A stretch of DNA of 64,000 nt from Noviherbaspirillum sp. (GCF_035627455.1 NZ_DASPLS010000072.1:32276-96275); one strand, 5' to 3'; shown: positions 1-11,912, counted from the stretch's first letter. The notes: generated by a model from the sequence alone, not told the origin. Numbers and translations: made by a program.

Positions 1-108
1 CGGGCTGGCCAGCTTGATGCGCGCTAGCAGTTCGCTGTGCTCTTCGAAGAAATGCGGATTGTCCGAAAGAAAATCGGCAACGGCGTTGGAATCCAGTTGG
101 TAGGTCAT
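1..108 (-). CDS. DUF484 (YigA) family protein, 5' part only (runs off window)
   Basis: Manual translation MTYQLDSNAVADFLSDNPHFFEEHSELLARIKLASP matches the DUF484 N-terminus; the family normally follows dapF. Confidence 0.8.
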   Translation of the reverse strand, partial: MTYQLDSNAVADFLSDNPHFFEEHSELLARIKLASP

Positions 109-242
109 ATGCGCGGGTTGGAAAGGCTGGCCAAGCCGTGATTTTACCCGACAAAGGACGAAAGTTGCCGCCAGGATCGCGTGACAAGATGCAAACCGCG
201 TCTCCCGCGCGGCGCAGGTATTGGCAGACCGGCCAGCGGTTT

Positions 243-1241
243 TCAGAACTTGTGGCGGATGCCGAAGTTGAACGCGCGGTTGCCGGTGCCCGCCTCGCTC
301 GCATTGCCCACCGTATAGGCCGCGCCCGGATCATTGTTGATGCGCGCGAATGACGTGTACAGGTTGGTGCGGCGCGACAGCGCGTAGGTGTAGCCGACGG
401 CCCACTGGTCGGCGTCCGCATTGAAGGCGCTGCGGTCATCCTTGCGGATCCAGGAAGCGAGAAGAGCGCCGGCGCCGACCGGCACCGTCACGCCGAGCAT
501 GTAGTCGCGGCTTTCCGCCGCGCCGGTGCCGCGGTTCAGGCCGACGCCGAGGCTTGCCGCGGCCATGCCGAAGTCGAAGCGGCCGCCGACCAGGGTGTTT
601 CGCGTGCTGTCGGTGCCGATCGCGTTTTCCACCCGCTGGTGCGCCACTTTCAGCACCAGGGGCCCGCCGGCATAGCCGATCGATGCGCCGAGCTGGCGAT
701 TGGCAGTGGTGTCGCCGGGCACTTCGCCCAGCCCATACGCCAGTTCGCCGCTCAATCCGCTCCACGCCGGCGAGCTGTACTTGATGGTGTTGTCGGTGCG
801 CGTCACGGTGGCCATCAGGTTGGTGGAGGCGCCCGCCAGGCCGGTGCCGAAGGGATCGACCTGGTCGAGCAGCAGGAAATGCGGCGTGTGCTGGCGGCCG
901 AAAGTGAGGTCGCCCCAGCGTCCGCCCAAACCGGCCCAGGCCTGGCGTCCGAACAGGCGGCCGCCCTGTCCCAGCGTTCCGGTATCCTCGTTGAAGCCGG
1001 CCTCGAGCGCGAATTTCGCCGACAGGCCGCCGCCAAGATCCTCGATCCCCTTGAAGCCGAGCCGGGAGCCGGATTGCGTGCCGCCCGTCAGTTTCGTCAC
1101 ATTGCCGGCGGCTGCCCCGCGTTCGTAGACGACGCCGGCATCGACGATGCCGTACAGGGTGAGGGATGTCTGCGCATGAGCATTGCCGGACAGGGCACCG
1201 AGGACGCCGGTTGTTGCGAGGACAAGTACTGAGCGGTTCAT
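243..1241 (-). CDS. Gram-negative trimeric porin (Burkholderiales OmpC/Omp32 type)
   Basis: Signal peptide then QTSLTLYGIVDAG, SRLGFKGIEDLGGG, FGRQAWAGL, YALSRRT, C-terminal GIRHKF. Start chosen at MNRSV. Confidence 0.92.
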   Translation of the reverse strand: MNRSVLVLATTGVLGALSGNAHAQTSLTLYGIVDAGVVYERGAAAGNVTKLTGGTQSGSRLGFKGIEDLGGGLSAKFALEAGFNEDTGTLGQGGRLFGRQAWAGLGGRWGDLTFGRQHTPHFLLLDQVDPFGTGLAGASTNLMATVTRTDNTIKYSSPAWSGLSGELAYGLGEVPGDTTANRQLGASIGYAGGPLVLKVAHQRVENAIGTDSTRNTLVGGRFDFGMAAASLGVGLNRGTGAAESRDYMLGVTVPVGAGALLASWIRKDDRSAFNADADQWAVGYTYALSRRTNLYTSFARINNDPGAAYTVGNASEAGTGNRAFNFGIRHKF

Positions 1242-1429
1242 CGCCATCACTCCCATCCAGACTGATCGGCCTGACAATCAAAGCATAGGCCGCAAAACCG
1301 GTTCTGGTAAGGGAAGGAAGGGATAGCGTGCGGGCGCCGCGCGGGAATCGCGTTCCGCCGGCGCAGGCTGTGGCATTTTTCCCACAGGCGCCGCTCGATG
1401 CTACCGAAAAGAAATTGCGGGCAGGCTGC

Positions 1430-2281
1430 TCAGATGTCGATTTCGCCTTCGAAGACGCTGACCGCCGGGCCGGTCAGCATTACCGGTGCGCCTTCGCCGC
1501 CCCACGCGATCGACAGTTCGCCGCCACGGGTGCTCACCTTGACCGGCGAATCGAGCAGTCCGCGCCGGATGCCGGCGACGACCGCCGCGCAGGCGCCGGT
1601 GCCGCATGCCAGCGTTTCGCCGGCGCCGCGCTCGTACACGCGCAGCTTGATCGCATGACGGTCGACGACTTGCATGAAGCCGGCGTTGACGCGCTTCGGA
1701 AAGCGCGCGTGGTTTTCGATCACCGGGCCGTCGAGGTGCACGGCGGCGTCCTGCGCCGCGTCGACCACCTGCACCGCATGCGGATTGCCCATTGACACCA
1801 CCGAGAACCAGGTCGTCCTGCCATTGATGTCGAGCGGCCACAGCGTATCGGTCCCTTCCTGGCGTCCCGTCAGGCCGCCGGCGTCGAACGGCACGCGCGC
1901 CGGGTCGAGCACCGGCGCGCCCATGTCGACCGTGATGCGGCCGTCGGCTTCGAGCCGCGGTTCGATCACGCCGGCCATGGTTTCCACCTTGATTGCCTGC
2001 TTGTCGGTGAGTTTCTTGTCGGTCACGAACTTCACGAAGGCGCGCGCGCCGTTGCCGCATTGTTCCACTTCGCCGCCGTCGGCATTGAAGATGCGGTAAC
2101 GGAAATCCACGCCGGGCAGGCGTGGCTTCTCGACCACCAGCATCTGGTCGGCGCCCACGCCGAAGCGGCGGTCGGCCAGCTTCTTCCATTGCTCCGGGCT
2201 GAAGTCGATGTGCTGATGGATGGCATCGATCACGACGAAGTCGTTGCCGGCGCCGTGCATTTTCGTGAATTTGAGTTTCAT
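1430..2281 (-). CDS. dapF: Diaminopimelate epimerase
   Basis: [42 protein letters not shown] motifs. Confidence 0.97.
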   Translation of the reverse strand: MKLKFTKMHGAGNDFVVIDAIHQHIDFSPEQWKKLADRRFGVGADQMLVVEKPRLPGVDFRYRIFNADGGEVEQCGNGARAFVKFVTDKKLTDKQAIKVETMAGVIEPRLEADGRITVDMGAPVLDPARVPFDAGGLTGRQEGTDTLWPLDINGRTTWFSVVSMGNPHAVQVVDAAQDAAVHLDGPVIENHARFPKRVNAGFMQVVDRHAIKLRVYERGAGETLACGTGACAAVVAGIRRGLLDSPVKVSTRGGELSIAWGGEGAPVMLTGPAVSVFEGEIDI

Positions 2282-2302
2282 GCGGAAATTATACTGGTGA
2301 GC

Positions 2303-3175
2303 TCAGCGGCGCGCGTAGATGCCCGGCGTGCCCGGCGGCCGGGTCTTGAAGCGCTTGTGCGCCCAGAAATATTCGGATGGCGCTTCCAGCACGCGTTCCT
2401 CGATGAAGGCGTTCATGCGGCGGGTGGCGGCCACGATGTCGCCGCCCGGATAGTCTTCCCAGGCCGGATGAAAGGTGACCTTCCAGCCCCGGTATCCCGG
2501 CAGGTAGGTTGCGATCACCGGAATCACTTTCGCGCCGGTGGCGGCGGCAATGCGGGCCGGCGCGGTCAGCGTGGCCGCCGGCACCCCGAAGAAGGAAACG
2601 AATTCCGCATCCTTTTCCCCGAAATCCATGTCCGGCAGCATGAAAAAGGGCAGCCCTTCGCGCATCGCGCGGATGATGGGCTTGACGCCTTCGCCACGCG
2701 AAAACAGCCGCACCGGGCGGAAGCGCGAACGGCCTTTGCGCAGCGCTTCGTCGAACACGGCGTTCTGCTGCCGCGTATAGATCGAGCAGAGCGCGGTCTC
2801 CAGCATCACTGCCACGCCGGCCACGTCGAGCGACACGAAATGCGGGCAGAGCAGGATGGTCGGTCCGGCTTCGATTGCGTCCAGCGGCACGCGCGGTTCG
2901 ACCCGGATCAGGCGGCGCAGGCGCGCCTCCGGCGCCCACCACAGGATGCCGCGTTCGAGCACGCTGCGCGCATACGCCTGGAAGTGTCTGCGCGCAATGG
3001 CGGTGCGTTCCGCTTCCGGCAGCTGCGGCAGGCACAGGCGCAGGTTGGTCAGCGCGATATGCCGGCGCGTGCGCACGGTGAGGAAGAGCAGTGCGCCGAC
3101 CGCTTCGCCGATGCGCGCGAGCACCGGCAGCGGCAGCCAGTGCAGCAGCCACATCATCCCCAGCAGCAGTCTCAT
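2303..3175 (-). CDS. Lipid A biosynthesis acyltransferase (LpxL/HtrB family)
   Basis: CPHFVSLD (HX4D), LPDMDFG, C-terminal YFWAHKRFKTRP. Start MRLLLG overlaps the upstream stop. Confidence 0.88.
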   Translation of the reverse strand: MRLLLGMMWLLHWLPLPVLARIGEAVGALLFLTVRTRRHIALTNLRLCLPQLPEAERTAIARRHFQAYARSVLERGILWWAPEARLRRLIRVEPRVPLDAIEAGPTILLCPHFVSLDVAGVAVMLETALCSIYTRQQNAVFDEALRKGRSRFRPVRLFSRGEGVKPIIRAMREGLPFFMLPDMDFGEKDAEFVSFFGVPAATLTAPARIAAATGAKVIPVIATYLPGYRGWKVTFHPAWEDYPGGDIVAATRRMNAFIEERVLEAPSEYFWAHKRFKTRPPGTPGIYARR

Positions 3176-4041
3176 CGGCTCCCTTCCTGTGCGGATGCGG
3201 CCGATTCCGGCGGCGCTTCCACGTCGTCCGGTTTCTTGTAACGGTTGTAGCTCCAGAAGTACTGTGCGGGACAGCGGCTGATCAGTTCTTCCATCGCGGC
3301 ATTGATCGCGCGCGCCTGCTGCTCCGGCGTGCCTTCCAGGCTGCCTTCGAAAGGCACGAAGCGCAGCGCGTAGCCGCGGCCGTGCGGCAGCCGCTCGCCG
3401 TAGGCCAGCACGATCGGCGCGCCGGTCATCTGGTGCAGCTTGGCGGGCAGCGTCATCGTATAAGCGGGCTTGCCGAAGAAGTCGGCCCACACGCCTTCGC
3501 CTTCCTGCGGCACCTGGTCGGGCAGGATCCCGATCGGCTCGCCCTGCCTGAGTTTCTTCAGCAGCGTGCGCACGCCGGACAGCGTGGCGGGCGCCAGGCC
3601 GAGGGTGTTGCGCGCGCGGGCGCCTTCCACCAGCGGCTTGAGCGCCTGCTTTTTCGGCGGACGGTACATGACGGTCAGCGGCGTGATGGTCGATACCTTT
3701 TGTGCAAGGATCTCGAAGCAGCCAAGGTGCGGCGTCAGGAAGATCAGTCCGCGCTTCGCATCCAGCGCGGCCTGCACCGCGTCCCAGTTTTCGACGTGCG
3801 CGGTCCTGAGCACCCGTTCCGACTCGGCGCACCAGACGAACGGCAGTTCGAGGATGTTGCGGCCGGCCTCGGCCACCGCTGCGTTGAGCGAGCCGGCATA
3901 GCCCGCGCGGGTAATGTTGTCCTTCAGGCGGCGGCGGTAGGACGGCGACGCAAGATAGACCACCCAGCCCAGCGCAGCGCCCAAACCGTGCAGGACGGGG
4001 AGCGGCAATCCGGACAACAGGCGAAAAAGTCTGACGAGCAT
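3172..4041 (-). CDS. Lipid A/lysophospholipid acyltransferase (LpxL/HtrB family), second paralogue
   Basis: TPHLGCFE, LPDQVP, QYFWSYNRYKKP; this is the C-terminal part of the 845-aa ORF call. Confidence 0.88.
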   Translation of the reverse strand: MLVRLFRLLSGLPLPVLHGLGAALGWVVYLASPSYRRRLKDNITRAGYAGSLNAAVAEAGRNILELPFVWCAESERVLRTAHVENWDAVQAALDAKRGLIFLTPHLGCFEILAQKVSTITPLTVMYRPPKKQALKPLVEGARARNTLGLAPATLSGVRTLLKKLRQGEPIGILPDQVPQEGEGVWADFFGKPAYTMTLPAKLHQMTGAPIVLAYGERLPHGRGYALRFVPFEGSLEGTPEQQARAINAAMEELISRCPAQYFWSYNRYKKPDDVEAPPESAASAQEGSR

Positions 4042-4108
4042 CAAAAACTGTTGAAATGTTGAGAAACTTTTGGAGAGGCGTAAAATATCATATTCGTACC
4101 TTGAATCA

Positions 4109-4158
4109 GCCGCCGAGTTAACAGACAACTTGCGAGGCGGCCTACAAATTTCGCTAAA
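4109..4158 (+). ncRNA. Candidate SAM-II (SAM_alpha) riboswitch upstream of metK
   Basis: P1 GCCGCC(4109-14)/GGCGGC(4136-41), GAGUUAAC loop, UUGCGA, then AAAU..GCUAAA: the order and motifs of the SAM-II consensus. Judged by eye. Confidence 0.6.
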
Positions 4159-4221
4159 GCGTCGCAGGCTCACTGGAATTGGCCGCGACATGGTCCAACA
4201 ATTCAACAACAGGAGCCCGCG

Positions 4222-5385
4222 ATGGCAAATGAATATCTCTTTACTTCGGAATCTGTTTCCGAGGGTCACCCCGACAAAGTCGCCGACCAGATTTCCGATT
4301 CGATTCTCGACGCCATCCTGGCGCAGGACCCGAAGGCGCGCGTCGCCGCCGAAACCCTGTGCAACACCGGCCTGGTGGTGCTCGCCGGCGAAATCACGAC
4401 GACCGCCAATGTCGACTATATCCATGTCGCACGCGACACCATCAAGCGCATCGGCTACGACAATGCCGACTACGGCATCGACTACAAGAGCTGCTCGGTG
4501 CTGGTCGCCTATGACAAGCAGTCCCCGGACATCGCGCAGGGCGTCGACGAAGGCCGCGGCCTCGACCTCGACCAGGGCGCGGGCGACCAGGGCCTGATGT
4601 TCGGTTACGCCTGCGACGAAACGCCGGAACTGATGCCGGCCGCGATCTACTATGCGCACCGCATCGTCGAGCGCCAGTCGCAGCTGCGCAAGGACGGCCG
4701 TCTGCCGTGGCTGCGCCCGGACGCGAAGTCCCAGGTCACGCTGCGCTATGTGGACGGCGTGCCGGTTGCGATCGACACCGTTGTGTTGTCCACGCAACAC
4801 AGCCCCGACATGGAACACAAGGCGATCGAGGAAGCCGCGATCGAGGAAATCATCAAGCCGGTGGTGCCGGCCGCGTGGCTGAAGAATACCCGCTACCTGG
4901 TCAATCCGACCGGACGCTTCGTGATCGGCGGCCCGCAGGGCGACTGCGGTCTGACCGGCCGCAAGATCATCGTCGACACCTATGGCGGCGCTGCGCCGCA
5001 CGGCGGCGGCGCCTTCTCCGGCAAGGATCCGTCCAAGGTCGACCGTTCCGCCGCCTATGCCGGCCGCTACGTGGCGAAGAACATCGTCGCCGCCGGCCTG
5101 GCCAAGCGCTGCCAGATCCAGGTCTCGTATGCGATCGGCATCGCCAAGCCGACCTCGGTGATGGTCACCACCTTCGGCACCGGCAAGATCAGCGACGACA
5201 AGCTGGCGATGCTGGTGCAGGAGTTGTTCGACCTGCGTCCGAAGGGTATCGTACAGATGCTCGACCTGCTGCGCCCGGTGTACGCGAAGACCGCCTCCTA
5301 CGGCCACTTCGGCCGCGAGGAGCCGGAATTCAGCTGGGAGCGCACCGACAAGGCAGCGGCGCTGAAGGCGGCTGCCGGTCTGTAA
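4222..5385 (+). CDS. metK: S-adenosylmethionine synthetase
   Basis: [35 protein letters not shown]. Confidence 0.98.
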   Translation: MANEYLFTSESVSEGHPDKVADQISDSILDAILAQDPKARVAAETLCNTGLVVLAGEITTTANVDYIHVARDTIKRIGYDNADYGIDYKSCSVLVAYDKQSPDIAQGVDEGRGLDLDQGAGDQGLMFGYACDETPELMPAAIYYAHRIVERQSQLRKDGRLPWLRPDAKSQVTLRYVDGVPVAIDTVVLSTQHSPDMEHKAIEEAAIEEIIKPVVPAAWLKNTRYLVNPTGRFVIGGPQGDCGLTGRKIIVDTYGGAAPHGGGAFSGKDPSKVDRSAAYAGRYVAKNIVAAGLAKRCQIQVSYAIGIAKPTSVMVTTFGTGKISDDKLAMLVQELFDLRPKGIVQMLDLLRPVYAKTASYGHFGREEPEFSWERTDKAAALKAAAGL

Positions 5386-5437
5386 TTCCCTGCGTGCGTT
5401 GGTGATGCAGTGGCTGAACTGACAGGATGAATCGATT

Positions 5438-6343
5438 GTGCAAATACTCCGCCATGTCACTGCATTGCTTGCCGTTGCGGCAAGCATCCCGGCTTTCGCC
5501 GCGCCGGCAACCCCGGCGCAGCATGCCGACTGGTGCCGGCGCCTGACCACACGCCTTCCCGGCGTGTCGGCCGCCCAGTGCCAGCGCGCCGCGCTGTCCA
5601 CCACCGGCGCGCTCTCGCGCAACGGTTTTCCCATTCTGATGCGTTCCATCCCCGCTGCCCGCGGCGGCAAGCAGGGTGAGCCGGTGCGCGTGCTGCTGTT
5701 GGGCGGCATTCACGGCGATGAACTGACCGCGGGCGCGATCGTGTTCCAGTGGATGCAGTGGATGCAGTCGCCCGAGGCGCGCGAATTCAGCTGGCACGTG
5801 GCTCCGGTCGTCAATCCGGACGGCCTGCTCGCACCCAAGCCGCAGCGCGTCAATGCCAACGGCGTCGACCTGAACCGCAATTTCCCCACGCCCGGCTGGG
5901 AGCAGGATGCGAAGCGCTACTGGATGAAGACCACCGGCAGCGACCCGCGCCGCTTCCCGGGCCAGTCGCCGCTGTCCGAGCCGGAAAGCCGCTGGCTGAA
6001 TGAAGAGATGGAGCGCTTCAAGCCGCATGTGATCATTTCGGTGCACGCGCCGTTCGGCGTGCTTGATTTCGACGGACCGGCGAAGAAGGCGCCGCGCCGC
6101 TTCGGCCGGCTGTACTTCAGCCGCGTCGGCGTGTATCCGGGGTCGCTCGGCAATTACGGCGGCATGCACAAGAATGTCCCGGTAATTACCATCGAGCTGC
6201 CCAATGCGCGCTCCATGCCGTCGCCGGACGAGGTGCGCCGCATCTGGCAGGACATGCTGGCATGGATCGCGCGCAGCATGACGCCGGACGGGCAGCCCGC
6301 GCAGATTCAGCGGGCGTCGAACAAGGCGCTGGCCGCGCATTGA
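5438..6343 (+). CDS. M14 zinc carboxypeptidase / murein peptide amidase A-like, secreted
   Basis: GGIHGDE (HxxE), NANGVDLNRNF, SEPE, ISVHAP, ITIELP; signal peptide. Confidence 0.85.
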   Translation: MQILRHVTALLAVAASIPAFAAPATPAQHADWCRRLTTRLPGVSAAQCQRAALSTTGALSRNGFPILMRSIPAARGGKQGEPVRVLLLGGIHGDELTAGAIVFQWMQWMQSPEAREFSWHVAPVVNPDGLLAPKPQRVNANGVDLNRNFPTPGWEQDAKRYWMKTTGSDPRRFPGQSPLSEPESRWLNEEMERFKPHVIISVHAPFGVLDFDGPAKKAPRRFGRLYFSRVGVYPGSLGNYGGMHKNVPVITIELPNARSMPSPDEVRRIWQDMLAWIARSMTPDGQPAQIQRASNKALAAH

Positions 6344-6386
6344 GATTTGGCAGATCACTCCGGGCTGACTAAGGTATAATTCTCGG

Positions 6387-6457
6387 TTCCAAGGAGCGTT
6401 GCAGCGCGGTTTTCATGGCCGCGTCAGGCTTGGATTTCTTTTCGCAACGGCGCTCAC
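6387..6457 (+). ncRNA. SAH riboswitch
   Basis: TCCAAG/CTTGGA stem, GAGCGTTGC, CAGGCT and downstream AACGGCGCTCA pseudoknot partner; directly upstream of ahcY; TATAAT at 6375-6380. Confidence 0.9.
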
Positions 6458-6495
6458 GTTACTTTTTTTCTATGTTTCCAGGAAAGGAGGGCGTG

Positions 6496-7917
<1,422 letters not shown>

Positions 7918-8025
7918 GACGCGCGCCCTCCCTGGGGAAGGGGAGGGCACCATGTGAAGTACGGTTTGCGGCAGCACCAGGCGCCCCCGCGGGGCGCCTG
8001 GTGCATTCGTCGAGCGGAGGAAAAC

Positions 8026-8364
8026 ATGCGCCTGCTTGTCACCTGGCTGATCAACGCGGCCGCGCTGTTTGCGCTGCCCTGGCTGATGAAGACGGTCTAT
8101 GTCGAGGGTTTCGGCACAGCGCTGCTCGCGGCGCTGGCGCTCGGCCTGGTCAACGTGCTGATCCGGCCGATCCTGGTCCTGCTGACGCTGCCGGTGACGG
8201 TGCTGACGCTGGGGCTGTTCATCTTCGTGATCAACGGCGTGATGTTCTGGCTGGTCGCCAATTTCGTCGGCGGCTTCTATGTCGCCGGCTTCGGCACGGC
8301 ACTGCTGGCGGCGCTGCTCTACAGCCTTATTTCCTGGGCGTTGTCCGCTTTGATACTCAAATAA
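8026..8364 (+). CDS. Phage-holin-superfamily (YvlD-like) 4-TM membrane protein
   Basis: Hydrophobic helices with LVNVLIRPILVLLTLP..LTLGLF..VINGVMF motif; GGAGG RBS. Confidence 0.85.
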   Translation: MRLLVTWLINAAALFALPWLMKTVYVEGFGTALLAALALGLVNVLIRPILVLLTLPVTVLTLGLFIFVINGVMFWLVANFVGGFYVAGFGTALLAALLYSLISWALSALILK

Positions 8365-8366
8365 TC

Positions 8367-9206
8367 ATGACGCAGAAAAATTTCAGCATCGAGTTTTTCC
8401 CGCCCAAGACACCCGAGGGTGTGGAAAAGCTGCGCGCCACGCGCGCGAAACTGGCTGAGCTGAAGCCGAAGTATTTTTCCGTGACCTTCGGCGCCGGCGG
8501 CACCACGCAAAAGGGCACCCTGGAAACCGTGCTCGAGATCCAGCGCGAAGGCCATGAGGCCGCGCCCCACCTGTCCTGCATCGGCGGCACGCGCGAGAGC
8601 GTGCGCGCAATCCTCGGCGAATACAAGGCCAGCGGCATCCGGCGCATCGTCGCGCTGCGCGGCGACCTGCCGAGCGGCTATGGCGCATCCGGCGAGTTCC
8701 GCCACGCGAACGAACTGGTGGAGTTCATCCGCGCCGAGACCGGCGACTGGTTCCAGATCGAGGTTGCCGCCTATCCGGAGGTGCATCCGCAGGCGAAATC
8801 GCCGCAGGACGACCTGCAGAATTTCGCGCGCAAGGTGAAGGCCGGCGCGAACGCGGCGATCACGCAGTATTTCTACAACGCCGACGCCTACTTCCGCTTT
8901 GTCGACGACGCGCGCAAGGCCGGCGTGGACGTGCCTATCGTGGCCGGCATCATGCCGATCACGAATTACACGCAACTGATGCGGTTTTCCGACATGTGCG
9001 GCGCCGAGATCCCGCGCTGGGTGCGGCTGAAGCTGGCCAGTTTCGGCGACGACGCCGAGTCGATCAAGGCCTTCGGCATGGATGTGGTGACGGGACTGTG
9101 CGAACGCCTGCTGGCCGGCGGCGCGCCGGGCATGCATTTCTATACGCTGAACCAGGCGGCGGCCACGACCGCGCTGTGGAAACGGCTCGATTTGTCGAAC
9201 CGCTGA
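8367..9206 (+). CDS. metF: 5,10-methylenetetrahydrofolate reductase
   Basis: SIEFFPPKT, SVTFGAGG, ALRGDLP, AAYPEVHP, ITQYFY, HFYTLN. Confidence 0.96.
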   Translation: MTQKNFSIEFFPPKTPEGVEKLRATRAKLAELKPKYFSVTFGAGGTTQKGTLETVLEIQREGHEAAPHLSCIGGTRESVRAILGEYKASGIRRIVALRGDLPSGYGASGEFRHANELVEFIRAETGDWFQIEVAAYPEVHPQAKSPQDDLQNFARKVKAGANAAITQYFYNADAYFRFVDDARKAGVDVPIVAGIMPITNYTQLMRFSDMCGAEIPRWVRLKLASFGDDAESIKAFGMDVVTGLCERLLAGGAPGMHFYTLNQAAATTALWKRLDLSNR

Positions 9207-9234
9207 GGCGTCCGTCTGCAGGACTGCAGGGCCG

Positions 9235-9267
9235 AGCGCGACCGCATCTGCGGCCGCGCTTTTTTTT
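9235..9267 (+). terminator. Rho-independent terminator after metF
   Basis: AGCGCG.CCGCA/TGCGG.CGCGCT stem followed by a T8 run. Confidence 0.75.
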
Positions 9268-9272
9268 GCCTG

Positions 9273-9827
9273 TCAGTTCGTCATCGCCTCGGTGATGATC
9301 GCGTCCAGAGCGACGTCGTGCACGTCTGACGGAAATTCGGTGCGCGCGCATTCGTAGGCGATGCCGATCGCCAGCGGCCGCTTCGCCGCGGCCAGCGTGC
9401 GGTCATAGAATCCCCCGCCGTAGCCCAGGCGGTAGCGCTGCGCATTGAAGCCGACGCAGGGAATCAGCAGCGCGGCCGGCTGCACCGTCGCGCCCGTCAC
9501 CGGGATCGCGACGCCGAAGCCGTCCTTCGTCATTGCGTCGCCCGGCTTCCATTCGATGAACGACAACGGCGCGTCCTTGCCGACCACGACCGGCAGAGCC
9601 AGCCGCGCACCGCGGGCGCACAACGCCTCGTAGGCGGCGCGCAGGTCCGGTTCGCCGCGGATCGGCCAGTACACGCCCAGCATCGCCGGCCGTTGCGTCT
9701 CCCACCACGCGGCGACGCGCTCGCCGATGGCGGCGTCCATTGCCGCGCGAACTTCAGGCGGGATCGCCTGTCTGTCCGCAAGCAGCTCGCGCCGCAGGGC
9801 GGCTTTTTGTGCAGTTGTTTTCGGCAT
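9273..9827 (-). CDS. 5-formyltetrahydrofolate cyclo-ligase
   Basis: YWPIRGEPD, IPCVGF, RLGYGGGFYDRTL. Confidence 0.93.
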   Translation of the reverse strand: MPKTTAQKAALRRELLADRQAIPPEVRAAMDAAIGERVAAWWETQRPAMLGVYWPIRGEPDLRAAYEALCARGARLALPVVVGKDAPLSFIEWKPGDAMTKDGFGVAIPVTGATVQPAALLIPCVGFNAQRYRLGYGGGFYDRTLAAAKRPLAIGIAYECARTEFPSDVHDVALDAIITEAMTN

Positions 9828-9895
9828 GATGACGGGACGAAATTCTCGGAACCACATGCTATCCTACAAGAGTAAATCGTTCTGAGGCGTTACCC

Positions 9896-11845
9896 ATGTT
9901 TTCAAATAAACGGATTGCCGGTTTTGCGCTTGCCGCGGCATCGGCAGTTCTGCTTGTCCCGGCGGCGCAGGCGAAAAAACCTGTTGCCACCTTTGCCAGC
10001 GAGGATGATATTTTCCTGGCGTTGCGCGACGCGTCGCGCAACGGCGATGCCGCGCGCGCCGCGGAACTCGCCGGACGCCTTGGCAACTATGCCATGCCGT
10101 CCTACGTCGACTATTTCCGGCTGCGCCCGCGCATCATCAGCGCGCCGGAGCAGGAAATCCGCGACTTCCTCAGCCGCTACGAAGGCAGCGCGATCGCCGA
10201 CCGCCTGCGCAACGACTGGCTGCTCGAACTCGGCCGCGCCCGCAACTGGATGCTGTTCGACGAGCAGTACCCGCAGTTCGTGCTCAACGACGATACCCAG
10301 GTCAAGTGCTATGCGCTGATGTCGAAGGCACTGAAGGGCCAGAATGTCGCCGACGACGCGCGCGGCGTGCTGGTCAATCCGCAGAATTACGGCGAAGCCT
10401 GCCCGGCGCTGATCACCACCCTGGTGCAGGCCAACCAGTTCACGCTGGATGACGTCTGGGCCCAGGTGCGGCTGATCGCCGACTCCGGCTTCGCCGGCAC
10501 CATCAAGCGGCTGGCGCCGGTCACCGAGGCCAGCGAGACGACACTGATGCAGGCGCTGGACAAGCCGGACGCGGTGCTGGCGCGCGGGCCGGGCGGCAAC
10601 CGCGCCTCGCATGAAGTGTTCATCGTCGCGCTCGGACGCAGCGCGAAGAACAATCCGTCGCGTGCGGTCGATGCGCTGGTTGCCGGCGCCGAGCGCCTGA
10701 ACGAGCGCGAGCGCGAGCATGCGTGGGCGCAGATCGCGCTGCAGACATCGATGAAGCTGGCCCCGGATGCGATCGTGTACTGGCATCGCACCAACGGCGC
10801 GCCGCTGTCCAACGACGCATATCAATGGAAAGCGCGCACCGCATTGCGCGCCGGCGAGTGGAAGCTGGTGAAATCGACCATCGAAGCCATGCCGGCGTCG
10901 CTGCGCAACGATCCCGCCTGGATCTATTGGCTGGGGCGCGCGCATCTGGCCGAAGGCGACCAGGAAACCGCGCGCAAGCTGTTCTCGTCGATCACCGACC
11001 AGACTAACTTCTACGGCCAGCTTGCGCTGGAGGAACTAGGCAAAAAGATCAGCATTCCGCAGCGCGCGGAGCCGGTGACGCCGGAAGAACTGGCGCCGAT
11101 GGCGGACAACGCGGGCTTTCGCCGCGCGCTGAAGTTCTTCGACCTGAACATGCGGTTCGAGGGCTACCGCGAGTGGAACTGGGAGCTGCGCAAGATGAAC
11201 GAGCGCCAGCACCTGGCGGCGGCCGAGTATGCGCGCCAGAAGAATGTGCTGGACCGGATGGTCAATACTTCGGACCGCACCAAGACCGAAGTCGACTTCA
11301 CGCAGCGCTTCCCGACGCCGTTCCGCGACGTGATGGCGGCCGCAACCGAAAAGCTGGGGCTGGACATGGCCTGGGTGTACGGCCTGATCCGCCAGGAGTC
11401 GCGCTTCATCCTGAACGCCCGCTCGCACGTCGGCGCCTCCGGCCTGATGCAGGTCATGCCGGCCACCGCGCAGTTCGTCGCGCGCAAGATCGGGCTGAGC
11501 GGCTACTCGCAGCAGCAGATGAACGATCTCGGCACCAACATCACGCTCGGCACCAACTACCTGAACATGGTGCTCCACGACCTCGAAGGATCGCAGGCAA
11601 TGGCGACCGCGGCCTACAATGCCGGCCCCGGCAGGCCGCGCGCCTGGCGCTCGACGCTCTCGCGGGCGGTGGAGGGCGCGATCTTCGCGGAGTCGATCCC
11701 GTTTACCGAGACGCGGGATTACGTGAAGAAGGTGCTGTCGAACGCGACGTATTATGCGGCGCTGTTCGAGAACAAGCCGCAGTCGCTGAAAAGCCGGCTC
11801 GGCATGGTGGCGCCGAAAGGATTCGTTCCGAGCGAGCTGCCCTGA
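9896..11845 (+). CDS. Soluble lytic murein transglycosylase (Slt70-like)
   Basis: IRQESRF, GASGLMQVMPATA, AYNAGPGR, IPFTETRDYVKKV. Confidence 0.93.
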   Translation: MFSNKRIAGFALAAASAVLLVPAAQAKKPVATFASEDDIFLALRDASRNGDAARAAELAGRLGNYAMPSYVDYFRLRPRIISAPEQEIRDFLSRYEGSAIADRLRNDWLLELGRARNWMLFDEQYPQFVLNDDTQVKCYALMSKALKGQNVADDARGVLVNPQNYGEACPALITTLVQANQFTLDDVWAQVRLIADSGFAGTIKRLAPVTEASETTLMQALDKPDAVLARGPGGNRASHEVFIVALGRSAKNNPSRAVDALVAGAERLNEREREHAWAQIALQTSMKLAPDAIVYWHRTNGAPLSNDAYQWKARTALRAGEWKLVKSTIEAMPASLRNDPAWIYWLGRAHLAEGDQETARKLFSSITDQTNFYGQLALEELGKKISIPQRAEPVTPEELAPMADNAGFRRALKFFDLNMRFEGYREWNWELRKMNERQHLAAAEYARQKNVLDRMVNTSDRTKTEVDFTQRFPTPFRDVMAAATEKLGLDMAWVYGLIRQESRFILNARSHVGASGLMQVMPATAQFVARKIGLSGYSQQQMNDLGTNITLGTNYLNMVLHDLEGSQAMATAAYNAGPGRPRAWRSTLSRAVEGAIFAESIPFTETRDYVKKVLSNATYYAALFENKPQSLKSRLGMVAPKGFVPSELP

Positions 11846-11884
11846 GCCTTACGGCCTGGATGCGGGCCTAAGATGCAACAGAGT

Positions 11885-11912
11885 CAAAGCCACGTCCACG
11901 GACGTGGCTTTG
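11885..11912. terminator. Perfect 13-bp hairpin, probable terminator after slt
   Basis: CAAAGCCACGTCC-AC-GGACGTGGCTTTG. Confidence 0.6.

Noticed and set aside
3172-5709. 845-aa minus-strand ORF
   Set aside because: Composite: antisense shadow of metK running in frame into the real acyltransferase (3172-4041).
8026-8364. Prophage signal from the holin-family gene
   Set aside because: No other phage genes; this family is commonly a housekeeping-context membrane protein.
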